Source: Macrostomum lignano
Lineage: Eukaryota
NCBI GenBank assembly: GCA_002269645.1
Contig: NIVC01002546.1
Coordinates: 5,794 to 69,793 of the forward strand
Direction of reading: 5' to 3'
Length of the DNA stretch: 64,000 bases
The notes beneath the pieces were generated by a model. The model had not been told where the DNA came from, did not search any database, and saw only the letters and a list, made by a program, of their open reading frames with translations. The position numbers were made by a program, and so were the translations under genes. Positions 1-12,093 of this stretch are shown piece by piece; position 1 is the first letter of the stretch, and each line of letters begins with the position of its first letter.

Positions 1-99
1 ACGCTTCGTTCAGTGAATAGGCCAGCTGAACTGGCTGCGGGGGCGTCGGAGATTCTGCGGCTGGTGACTCCACTATGCCATCTGTATGATCTACTCTGC

Positions 100-1308
100 A
101 TCTCTGCCTACAATCTGCCGTCCCTATCTACAATCTGCCGTCCCTATCTACAATCTGCCGTCCCTATCTACAATCTGCCGTCCCTATCTACAATCTACCG
201 TCCCTATCTACAATCTACCGTCCCTATCTACAATCTACCGTCCCTATCTACAATCTACCGTCCCTATCTACAATACAATCTACCGTCCCTATCTACAATC
301 TACCATCTCTATCTACAATCTACCATCTCTATCTACAATCTACCATCTCTATCTACAATCTACCATCTCTATCTACAATCTACCATCTCTATCTACAATC
401 TACCATCTCTATCTACAATCTACAATCTCTATCTACAATCTACCGTCTCTATCTAGAATCTATCATCTCTATCTACAATCTAGCATCTCTATCTACAATC
501 TAGCATCTCTATCTACAATCTAGCATCTCTATCTACAATCTAGCATCTCTATCTACAATCTAGCATCTCTATCTACAATCTAGCATCTCTATCTACAATC
601 TACCATCTCTATCTACAATCTACCATCTCTATCTACAATCTACCATCTCTATCTACAATCTACCATCTCTATCTACAATCTACAATCTCTATCTACAATC
701 TACCGTCTCTATCTAGAATCTATCATCTCTATCTACAATCTAGCATCTCTATCTACAATCTAGCATCTCTATCTACAATCTAGCATCTCTATCTACAATC
801 TAGCATCTCTATCTACAATCTAGCATCTCTATCTACAATCTAGCATCTCTATCTATAATCTACCATCTCTATCTATAATCTATTGTCCCTATCTACAATC
901 TAGCACCTCTATCTACAATCTTCCATCTCTATCTATAATCTAGCATCTCTATCTACAATCTACCATCTCTATCTATAATCTACCATCTCTATCTATAATC
1001 TAGCATCTCTATCTACAATCTACCATCTCTATCTATAATCTACCATCTCTATCTATAATCTATTGTCCCTATCTACAATCTAGCACCTCTATCTACAATC
1101 TTCCATCTCTATCTACAATCTACCATCTCTATCTACAATCTACCGTCTCTATCTATCTACAATCTACCACCTCTATCTACAATCTACCACCTCTATCTAT
1201 AATCTACCGTCCCTATCTACAATCTACCGTCTCTATCTACAATCTACCATATCTATCTACAATCTACAGTCTCTATTTACAATCTACCGCCTTTATCTAC
1301 AATCTACC
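100..1308. repeat. 20-bp minisatellite (unit ~ATCTACAATCTACCATCTCT), intronic in the PTB gene
   Basis: About 60 tandem copies with c/g/t variants; explains spurious ORFs 13..456 and 86..523. Confidence 0.97.
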
Positions 1309-1327
1309 GGGGCCGGGATCCATCTAC

Positions 1328-2206
1328 CCGCCTATAACAAGCCATGTAAAATCGTCGAACCTCTTTCTGGTTGGCGCATTTGCAGACATGCAGTTCCACA
1401 GTTTCGTTGATCTGATTTCTTGCAACAAAGCCAAACACTCGATTATTTCGCTTATCGGCTGTGCAGTAGGCAATCCGCTCGATGCCGGACTTCACTAACA
1501 CAGAGTGAGAGTCTGTGGCCGCGGGGTCCGGCTGGGGAGCGACGCTCCGTAGCTCGATGCCCCGGATGGACAGGGTCAGGACGGCCGGCGTAGACCGGTG
1601 ACGAGCTTTGCGATTCTGATTGGTCCAGGTGGGGTTGAGGGCTGCTAGCGGTGCAATTTTATATTGATGAAGGAGTAGGAGAAGGGATGGGAAGGGATAA
1701 AGAGGGTGGGAGAATGAATGGGAGGAGGGATGGAAGATGGGATAGGAGATGGTATGCGAGATGGGATAGGAGATGGGATAGGAGATGGGATAGGAGATGG
1801 AATGCGAGATGGGATGGGAGATGGGATGGGAGATGGTATGGGAGAAGATATGGGATATGGGATGGCAAATGGTATGGGAGATGGGATAGGAGATGGGATG
1901 CGAGATGGGATGGGAGATGGTATCGGAGAAGATATGGGAGATGGGATGGGAAATGGTATGGGAGATGGGATGGGAGAAGATATGGGAGATAAATGGTAAT
2001 AAGAGTTATAAAGTATAAAGTACAAACTACTGTTATGAACACAGCTTACAAAGTCCAGCAGAGTTTGAATGGCAGCTGACACAGCAGTGGCGGAGAACTG
2101 CTGACCAGGGCGAATATCTTCAATAAGCTGGGAGCCACTGTACTTCACTAAGAATTGAATACCTGACTGCAAGTGCTGCTCGTGATTGGGCCATTTTCAG
2201 TGAGCT
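1328..2206 (-). CDS. LDLRAP1: LDLRAP1/ARH-like PTB-domain adaptor, two internal exons (~2206-2050 and ~1643-1328); partial, with an apparent 1-bp indel
   Basis: Translation gives LTEN-W-PNHEQHLQSGIQFLVKYSGS, then VLTLSIRGIEL and IERIAYCTADKRNNRVFGFVARNQ..E.HVCKC, matching my recollection of ARH (LPENW..GMLFSLKYLG; IYRISYCTADK..KVFAYIA). Donors GTAAGC at 2049 and GTAGAT at 1327; acceptor cacAG at 2207. Exon phases do not reconcile without indels. Confidence 0.72.
1725..1995. repeat. 12-bp minisatellite (GGAGATGGGATA/G), intronic
   Basis: Direct tandem repeat; source of the PSPI/GDGM/RWDG repeat ORFs. Confidence 0.93.
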
Positions 2207-3279
2207 CTGTGCGAAATAGAAAATAGTTTATGCATTATTCGAAGGCACAACTTTCAATTAAAAATATTCAAGTACTATAAAAATAGCAAATGCTAAATTA
2301 ATCTGATTATTGACAAACAAGACCTAGGAATTAGCAGCCAAAGCCCAGATATGCCAAAACAAAAAATGGATGATTCAAAAAATTAATATCAATTTACACA
2401 AAGTATTTTAATGATTTCTTATAAAAATTATACTGTCAATAAAAATATTATAACAACTTTGCCAACTTAAATTGCCAAACTAAATTTATATTGATAATTT
2501 TATAGCATATCCTATCTTATCTCAATATAAATAGTCTCTTATAGTTTTATTAGTTATCAATAATAAAATAAAACAATATTTTAAAATACTAGATATATGT
2601 AATTTATGATAAGCCATAGTTTAGCAGTAAGTCTAAATTCAATATAAGCCTAATATATGACATTGACTAGCAACAATTTGGCACATGCTATGTTTTTTGA
2701 TGTAATGCATTTAAAATCATCACATAAAATATAATAAAAATTATTTAAGCACATACTTACTGGTTATAAATATGGTTTAGCTAGGCTAAAAAAATAGGCT
2801 TAAGGCTAAGATAGGTCTAATAAAGTTTTAGGCATATCTAAATAGGATAGGTATAGAAAATTGCAATAGCTTAATAAATTATTAAACCTAAATATGATAT
2901 AAAAAGTGGGAAAAATGGGCTAATGGCTATAGATCATGGACTTACTTATTATATTAAAAAAGTATTGAGTCTACAATAGGAAATAGCTGTTAATATAAAA
3001 GTATAATTATAAAATTAATATTTCATTTTTTGAATACTTGTTGGACCTAAGTTGGACCTATTAAATAAAATATTCTTCTATTTATTATATATAAAACTTT
3101 TTAGGCCCTAAGTCTTTTTTACCAAAAACTTTTCAAATGACTTCTTCAAGTTTAGACAGGATAAAATAAAATACTTAAATTATTTTTTAAACTTTCACTA
3201 GATTGCAAAGATTGCAAAAATTGATATCTCAGCTAGTTCAAAAGTCCCTTTCAAAGCCATTGCAATAATTCTTTGGTTT

Positions 3280-3490
3280 AATGTGGAATGATCCCTGGTT
3301 TATCAAGTGCAATATTCCTTGGCTTATCAAGTACAATAATTCTTGGTTTATCAAGTGCAATAATCCTTGGCTTATCAAGTGCAATAATCCTTGGCTTATC
3401 AAGTGCAATAATCTTTGGCTTGTCAAGTGCAATAATCTTTGTTTTACAAAGTTCAATGATCATTGTTTTATCAAGTGCAATAATTGTACT
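3280..3490. repeat. 24-bp tandem repeat array A (TTATCAAGTGCAATAATCCTTGGC)
   Basis: About 8 copies; 8-aa periodic ORFs (PRIIALDK). Confidence 0.9.
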
Positions 3491-4354
3491 GACTGGCTAC
3501 AAACAGGCTTTTTAGCAGCATTCACTAGCTTTTCCTAGGTGCTCTGTGTTCTGCTGCACAGCAGTTTAGTCTGCCTGATCTAAGGAGAGATACCTTGTGC
3601 TAGGCCTAAGTGTTTATTGCCTAATGACTCATCGCCTAAGCTGGTATGCAGGTAGCTACACACAATGTTTTTCCCACCGATGCATGGAGTGTAATAGTTG
3701 CTTGAAGGGAGTAAACAGAAGACTCATCCCCCCAAATATATTTTTAGCACACTAAAGCATGTGACTGCATACACATACAGTATGGTGTGTGGCATCTGAC
3801 CTTGAGTCACGCCAATGTTGCCTGGCATGATTACCTTATTTGGAAGTTGGCCTTGAAGCATACCTTTTTAACATGACTCTGAGGCCCAAATAAGGAAGTT
3901 CATGTGCTCACTGCATGAAACTCATGTGACTTTTGGGGGTCTGCTTGGCTATAAATATGGAGCACCTGGGAGCTATTTTTCCTCAGAGGTGTTCCTTAGA
4001 AGACCAGAATCTCCTCTCTGCCTCCACTTGCAAGGAGCTCCCCTTCTCTCATTTCAGGCTTACAAGTTTTCAGGTTTGAGCAACAATTTTAGGAACTTTG
4101 CCAATTAACTGTTGAGACATTTTCAGATTTGCTTTGCTTTGAGAAACTTTAATATTTTATTTTAGGTTATAGATAGATAACTCATCTGACAAGTTTAGTG
4201 TACAAACCAAGGTGGCAGCAACCCTACCAAGTCTAAGGCTAATGTTTAAGGTTTCTTTTAGGCAAATTGATAGGTAGTACAGAGGTACAATCTAACAACT
4301 TCTGGAGCAGCAAGTTTATTTTAGGTACAACTAATAGAACTTGGGAAGGAGCAT

Positions 4355-4590
4355 AACATAATCCTTGGTTTATTAAGTGCAATGATCCTTGGTTTATCAA
4401 GTGCAATGATCTTTGGTTTATCAAATGCAATAATCCTTGGTTTATCAAGTTCAATAATCATGGGTTTATCAAATGCAGTAATCCTTGGTTTATCAAGTGC
4501 AATAATCCCTGGCTTTTCAAATGCAATAATCCTTGGTTTATCAAGTACAATAATCCTTGGCTTAATAAGTGCAAAAATCCTTGATTTATC
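4355..4590. repeat. 24-bp tandem repeat array B, same unit and orientation as array A
   Basis: About 9 copies of the same unit, 1.1 kb downstream of array A. Confidence 0.9.
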
Positions 4591-7283
4591 TTTCAATAAA
4601 AAATTATTTTATACCACTAAGACTTGAACCTAGGTTTCTGCATTAGAAGTTTAGTCTGTTCACCTCTAGGCTAACTCTCATCAAATTTATAAAATGAATT
4701 TGTAGCCTTATATAATGTAATACTCACACCAAATCAGTTAATGTCACACAGAGCAATGATGACATAATCAATTATTCAGGCAAGTCAAAACTAGTTGCTA
4801 TTAAAGTTAGCAAAATAGGGTTACACACTATAAATCAAGTCTTGTGCTATGCTTTCATGCTGCATTTTCAACATAGCTAGTACACAAAGACTGGATAAAT
4901 AAAAAGCCTAGTGTGCTACAATCTATTTTAGAATCAGAATTCAACCAGTTAGGTTTTTCTCTAGCATTCTTACAATGCATTTCAAGTTGAAAACTTTGCT
5001 TGACCTTAGCAAAAAAGCATGTTTTTCAAATATATAATTCCTTTAGCATCAAGCAATTTCTTAGCCACGAGGCATATACCGTCATAGAAAAATGTCTAAT
5101 TGAATGGTGCAAGTTTGAAGAAAATTGGTTTGAGCCATTTTTTTTAAATTGATCATATATCTAGATAGGCCCTACCTACTAACAAATCATTTTTATTATA
5201 TAGAAGCCTAAAGTCATCAATACTTTTCAAATAAAAAATATTGATAGATTTTATTTAAATATGTTTCATAGAAACTACAATGTTGACTTAGTTTAATTAA
5301 AAAAGCTATCAATATACTAGCAAACAAAAAGGCACTAACTTTGTTAGTAAAAATATTGTCAAATCATTTTTCTTTGTTTTGTACCAAATTGTACCATTTT
5401 TGTGCTATATTGTGCCAGATTTTTTCTCCCTGCTTGCTGTTGCATTAGAATGCACTGGTGCAACATATGGTTAACCCTTTTTGTGCCAGAATTTTCTATG
5501 AAGAAGGCTATTTTCCCAACTAAAGATCTAGTTAGAGACCATAGTCCAGAAGGTAGCCTTTATGCTGGAATTTTCCAGCATGTTTTATCCTTGCTGACAA
5601 TCTTGGTGTACATTTGCATATATAATTTTCAGATTCAACATTAGTTTATATATTTTGCATACAAAAATAGGCAATTTGTTCATTGTTAGGCTAAGTATCT
5701 ATAATATAGTTAAAATCAATCAAAGAGGTTTTTTAAATAATCAGAAAAAAATGGAAAATAATAACAAAACTTAGAAGGAAAACAATAGTAAAACAAAGAA
5801 TACCAGGTTCTAGCAAAGAACAAATGTTTTTTAGTTTAGAAAAACTCTTATTTATAAAAAAGATACTTTCTAAATAAAGTTGGCATATAAGCAACTTCAT
5901 GCTTGTCATAATTTTTTTATTTATATAGAACTTTGGCATTGAATTTTAAAAACTAGAATCTTTATTCTGGCATACACCTGCCGTGATCTGGACTATGGCA
6001 AGTTAAGGTTAATAAATTAGTAGCAGTTTTTATAGTCCTTTATCTAAACTTGGAGAAGTCCAATAAATGCTTTTAGTAAAATGATTTTCTTTCTTTTAAG
6101 GGACAAAAAAAAATTCGTTTTGTTTTAAAAACAATCACAACATAAATTAGAGATTAATGGTTGATATTACTTGTCTTATTTTTATAGTATAGACCTAACT
6201 TAAAGGTAAAAATATTGTTTATTGTCTTCCCACCTGCGAGTTTTTAAGTAACTAATAAAGCTCAAATTATAGCTATTCAGCAATCCTACTGAAATTTCTA
6301 CTATTAAGTCTGCCTTCTGCAATGATTTTGTAAATTTAAAAACATTTTTTATTAAATTAAATGTGCTAGGCCTACATCTAGACTTGGATACTCCTAGATA
6401 TATAGTATACATGTTTCGATCGGTAAAAAATAAAAATAGTAAAAAATACAATTTATAATTAAAACGGAAATAAAAGCAACATACTTTTCTTTCTTGCTTG
6501 AATCATTTGCTTCACCAAGTAACTACACAATCGATTGATATATTTTTTGACTTGACTTGACGACTGACGTTAGTTTATTTGAGCGTAAAGCATTTCCTAT
6601 AAAATAGCCAGCTCAAAATATAACCTTAAGTACTTTTAACAAAATTTGCTATATTTAAAGTTTAAAAAAATCTAAAAAGGTTATTTCTATAGTTTTATTT
6701 TTATTTTTGACAATAAAATAAAACTAAAAAATACAAAAATTTATAAACTTGCTTTAGACCCTGTAGCGTATATCTTAGCGGTTCCGGAATATTTGAGACC
6801 TAGTCTTTCATACTTTGATATGACTTGCCTTTCTTATAGCTCAATTGATAGTAATATATCTTTTCGTTTATAAAATTATGATTTTACAGTTATATCTTAA
6901 TTTTATATCCTATCAACATAATTCGTTACGATAGTATGTATGACATGTATGTACTGCAATTGCCTTAAAATCATACAAATATCACTTACAGCTTGAATCA
7001 TTGGCTTTATGAATATATTTTTTCTATCTATTTATCCATTTCTATGTTAGTTACTATATGTAACAATTAAATGTGAAAGAGCAGCTACAATGTGACATGC
7101 AGCAGTTTTTCAAAAATTTTACTTCTGTGACGTTTGTCAGTTGAGGTGGCGCCGACAAGGGCCGCTTTAGCGAAAGCAGTGCCATTCTATAATGTTGTTA
7201 ATTTGATGGTCTCGTACTCTAACGTCTGCTTATAGTAATTCCCAAGAAATTTTAACAACATTTGCGTGACGTTCGTAAGCCTA

Positions 7284-10200
7284 CCCAGTGGCAAAGCCGA
7301 GCTCGGTCCGAGCTCGGGCCGACGTCGGCCACTCGGCATTCGATCGGCCATACTAAAGTCGGCCAGCCGACGTCGGCCCGAACTCGGTAGAACCTCGGGG
7401 TGCCGCGCCGTTAACCGATTAAAAGTTTTAATCAATTATGCAGAATTTACCTACGCTAATGAATTCAATATGATTAAAAAAAAACCCCGCATAAATATAG
7501 ATGAATAATTTACACTGAAAAAGTGACTCTTTTGCAATAAACAAAAACAACGCAATCATACAGCACTTTTGATCCACCAAAGTGGTGTAATGTGCTTTTT
7601 ACACATACTAATTGTGTTTTTACTGAATTAGTTTCCTCGTTGAGTAGGTGATTTGACTTTTATGGATTTATTCTCCTTCGAGACGACCATGAAGTGCATG
7701 CGTTATAGGTACGGAAAATTCGAAGTACTGGATTTTAACAATTATATATATGAGTAATTTACCAGATAAAAGAACATAGCTTCGTTAGTAAAAATATAAA
7801 TAAATAATTAACTGCTTTAGAATTTACTTAAGGCGTAATTATTGCTCATTTTTTGCCATTCATTTGAATATATTGCTCCCGTGCAGGTCAAGTCAATTGT
7901 AAACAGTGTCTAGCTCTTTTTAACGTGGCAATTCATTTAGCTCGTAGCTTCTTAGTTATTATTTTTATTACACGTTCTTTGGAAGCATTTAGATGTTTCG
8001 GCAAAAATTCCAGAGACATACTTAGTCTTACAGTTAAGCCGTAACTAATTGAACTATAGCTACACTGTAATGCAATGTAAACTTGCTTTTTTGGGTTTAA
8101 TGAAGATTTGCTTACAATTTATGAATAGGCGTATGAAATATGTTTTCATTAATGATAATTAGACATATTACGATGGCAATTCACCAGCTATTTTCAGAAT
8201 GGCCATCAAATAGTTATCTAGGAGTTAAAAGTGAATAAATCCGAGGAGAAGAATTTCTTGTCGCGTCCCAAATCCTGGACTTAGCTCAAGATTCTTAAAT
8301 GGAAATTTTACTAAACAATTTATCTACAAAAAGCATATTTTCATGATAAAATGTTGAAAAGTATAGGATTGCAATAGGAGTTACCATAACTTAACTGTAG
8401 GAATGATATCTAGCTTAGGTCATAAATCCTGTGATTTGAAAAGTCTAAAATGGCCTAAATAAAGCCAGATTTTTAGGCTCCTATGATATTTTTATCCCTA
8501 CTATATTAGGTCTAGCTTCTTATTTTTTTATTTGTCTATGGCAATGCCATCATGAATTACATACTATCAGTTAATTTAAGACATTGTTTATGTACTATGG
8601 GCCAGGATATAATGCCAATTGTGCATTTTATGGCAGGCAATTTAATGTAATTTTGCTGTATATGCCAATTTTTTACTCTTTTGAATAGATTCATAGTATT
8701 CATATTATACTATATTGTTTTTCTAATGACTTTTTAGTACAACTATAGTATACTTATTTTACTATTATAGGTTTTTACTTTATTTTTGCACCATAGACTA
8801 GATATTGATGCTATTTTTATATACTAGGGCCCTATGCCATATTTGGCATCAGTTTTGCACTGCAGGCCAGATTTGGGTATCATTTTTGTATTTTCCATTT
8901 ATGCATTTGATTCCAATTTTTTTACTTTTTCATCATATGGCTTCAATTCTAACCCCCTTGATGTTCTAGATACAACACTTTGAGAAAATGGGGCGAGATT
9001 CTAAGGCTACCCACAAGCGATCCAGAAGCAGCAGCACGACACCCATGCCCATGACCACCACATTGAGATGGGCAACGCAGTCGTTGCGAGGGACTTTGCT
9101 GCTGATGGCAGCTGGAAGCCTGCTGTTCTGACCGACTGCTCCAGGGCTGTGTCTCTTGCCAGTTTGACGATGGTCGAGAGGTCCATCGGCACATCAATCA
9201 AGTGCCTGCGGCGCCTTCCAAAGTTGAGCAACCGCTATGTGCCGAGGTGTCTGACGATCAACCAGAGGCCCCTGCGGAGACGCCTGGCCAGGCGCCAGAG
9301 TTGAGCTCTGCGGCGCCACTTTGACGTTCGACCAGGGCAAGAGCTTAAGCTGACCGGCTGCGCTACCAGTGACTATGGACTGTTCCTCTATGGACTGTAA
9401 ACTGATTTGCGTCTTTTATTCCCGTTTTTATCTAACGCTTAATCTTTGTGGGGAGGAGTCTGGTGACTTGGCTGAGCAAATTGTTGTTTGTTTTGTTAGC
9501 TTGTTTTTACTCCGTGTTTTGAGGTGGTTTTTTACCAGTTTGCTGCGTGCTCCATTCTGCGATATTTCGCTGTACATTCTTATGTGCGCTCTGCATTCTG
9601 GCCGCTCTTGCTCTCCACCCTTAAGCCTCTTACACCCAATGTATCGTGCTCAATATTTACAATATAAATTGCAGTCGCTTTCCTCGTATCAAGCGTCTCG
9701 TTCTACAATCTAAAGTGAAGTCTTTACAGTTTATAATGTTAATAAATGCTCAACCAAGTCTGTATCACAACCCTTAACTCAACCTCTGTTTTCAGCTGTT
9801 TAGCTACTTTTTCTCTTTGTTTTCTTGCTTATTGGTTGAAAAGTTAATCTTGTATCATTATTAGCATTTGATAATACACTAGTGTGCTTGTGGTGGATTT
9901 ACTGTTGCGGTGTTCTTTTAATTCAATTATTTTAACTTCTAAATCGTTGTCTTATTTCACAATCATTTAATCCTGAACATGGTTGGTTGTTGGTTGTATA
10001 TTTGTTGGGTCAGAGAACTGAGTCTGGTGGAAATGTATCTAATTCCGAGGGGAAATCAATTAAACTAGTTATACTAGAGGCTCACCATAACTAGGCTCAT
10101 ATACGAGCGTACATTACCACTGCAATGCACTAACATGCTAGGAATGACATGGGATCTTTAACTCGATGGTTTCAATTCGTGTCATGTCGTTTTCCCATTC

Positions 10201-10472
10201 ACCTTTTCTTTTTCATGTAATACCGAATTGTACATGTACAGTAAAATTCTATAGAAAGTGAAAGTGGCACCTACATGTAGTCAATCTGCAAGAAGCAATA
10301 TAAGCTTTATAATAAGCTAAATAGAAAGTATAGTGCAAAGCTACTCGGCATTACCGCGGTCAGCCGACCTCGGCCCGAGGTCGTCGGCCCGAGCTAGAAC
10401 CGCCGTCAACCCGCCGAGCTCGGCCCGATCTCGGCGGACCGAGCTCGGGCCGAGCTCGGCTTTGCCACTGGG
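7284..10472. mobile_element. Non-autonomous CMC (CACTA/EnSpm-type) DNA transposon, 3.19 kb
   Basis: 34-bp TIR CCCAGTGGCAAAGCCGAGCTCGG(T/C)CCGAGCTCGG with 1 mismatch; TA on both flanks (7282-7283, 10473-10474); clusters of CCGAGCTCGG-type palindromes inside both ends; no transposase ORF. CCC termini plus a 2-bp TSD fit animal EnSpm-type elements. Confidence 0.8.
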
Positions 10473-12093
10473 TACATGTATGACAATGCGATCGACAATT
10501 TTCTGTTTTTAATTTAGTTGGTTTTCGCGCCGGCCAATAGGAAAGCCGCGCATATATTATGCTAGCCTGAAATTAAGCTTTTGTCGTGCACCCACCCCAG
10601 CCCGCTCGTTATCAGTCCTGTCTGGCTGGGGCGCCCGGGGTTAGGCTTTTTCTTTTCTACTCCGGCTGCTTCTTCGTCTCTCTCTCTCTCTCTTGGCCTT
10701 TTCATATTGCTTGTTCTGGTTCCAGAACCAGAACCAATTTGTGAAGTATAACTTTTTGTCTCCATAACTAGAGGGAGATACGTGCTATAAAGTTTTTATT
10801 ATTGAATGACAATCGCCAAGAAGAAAGTGAAAAATTGTGCTAAGTGAGGTTGTTAAGGCAGTCAAACATTCAACAGAATTAAATAGTTATACTGCTGTTT
10901 TTCTTGGAAGATCCGAACCGATTCTGATTCTGGAATTGGTAATATGAAAAGCCTCTCTCTCTCTCGCTCCGCCACAGTTCTTAAGCCACGCCTCTGATGG
11001 GTTTCGACCTTCGGGCTCCTTGTTAGGGAAGCCTTCGGGCCTCAGGCTCAGAAATAAATCAATTAGAGACCTGCCCCCCCCCCACTCCTGTCAGATGGTC
11101 AGCCCCATGGTAGCTTGATCGTGTGGCGAGCAGTCTAGGTCCTATAGCTAAGAGAGGGGCAGCGAGAGACGAGCAGGGAGAATTTTGAAAGTAGAAATTA
11201 GCTAATCCGCAGATCAACTAACTTGCTGCCACCAGCCCGTGCGCCCTGGCTCACCACACCGGGACTCTCGAAATCGGGCTTCCGACTAGAAGGGGCTTTG
11301 CACTTACCTGCCAACTAGTGTCTTTTTGCTGTCAATCTCGAAGTCATAGCCGATGATAAGGGACACTGCTGGGACTAGATCGCGTTGGCCATGCAGGACA
11401 GAGGGGACTTGTGCAGGCCCTAGGGACCCAAAATGGACAAATAATGCATTTTCAGAATCTAATGACAAAATAGTGCATTCTTGGTGCATTATATGTACGT
11501 GCATTTTTAATGCATTTTTAGTAAAAGTTCTATCTACACTATTTAACAAAATAAGCATGAATTTAGTTCAAGATTGGCTTTATTGCGCATCTGTGTATTT
11601 ATAAATTATACTTCCGTTGCTAACTTTGAAGAACAAATAATAAAACGTGGTGCGATAAAAATGCATTATTTTCTGTAACAATTATCAAATTACAAATGCA
11701 TTTTTTATATCCAGCCGTAGCGAATTAGACCATCACAAATTGAAATTAAAATGGCGGTCTAATTGCGTGCTGGATTATTTTGTTGCTCGAAGCGAAATTC
11801 GTAATTAAATTTCTATTTCAGGTTCTTATCTAGCAAACAAACTTACATTCGTACGCAAAAATTGGGTCGCTTTTGTTATTTCTCTATAACATAGCTTGTT
11901 CAATCGATTTTGATTGTCGAAATAAAAGCTTTGTTTTCTTCACTATTTTATGACATCCTCTCAACAATTTAATTGCATTAATCAATCTGGTGTGACAATT
12001 ATTCCAATTTCTAATTATTCCAATTCAGTTAATATATTATTATTATAGGTTTGAATTTATTGACTTCAGACACTAAGAGTTGGTGGATCTTGA

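Noticed and set aside
13-523. 147- and 145-aa ORFs
   Set aside because: Translations of the 20-bp minisatellite.
6494-7010. ~16-bp direct repeat GCTTGAATCATT(T/G)GCTT 500 bp apart
   Set aside because: Too short and isolated; no element features between the copies.
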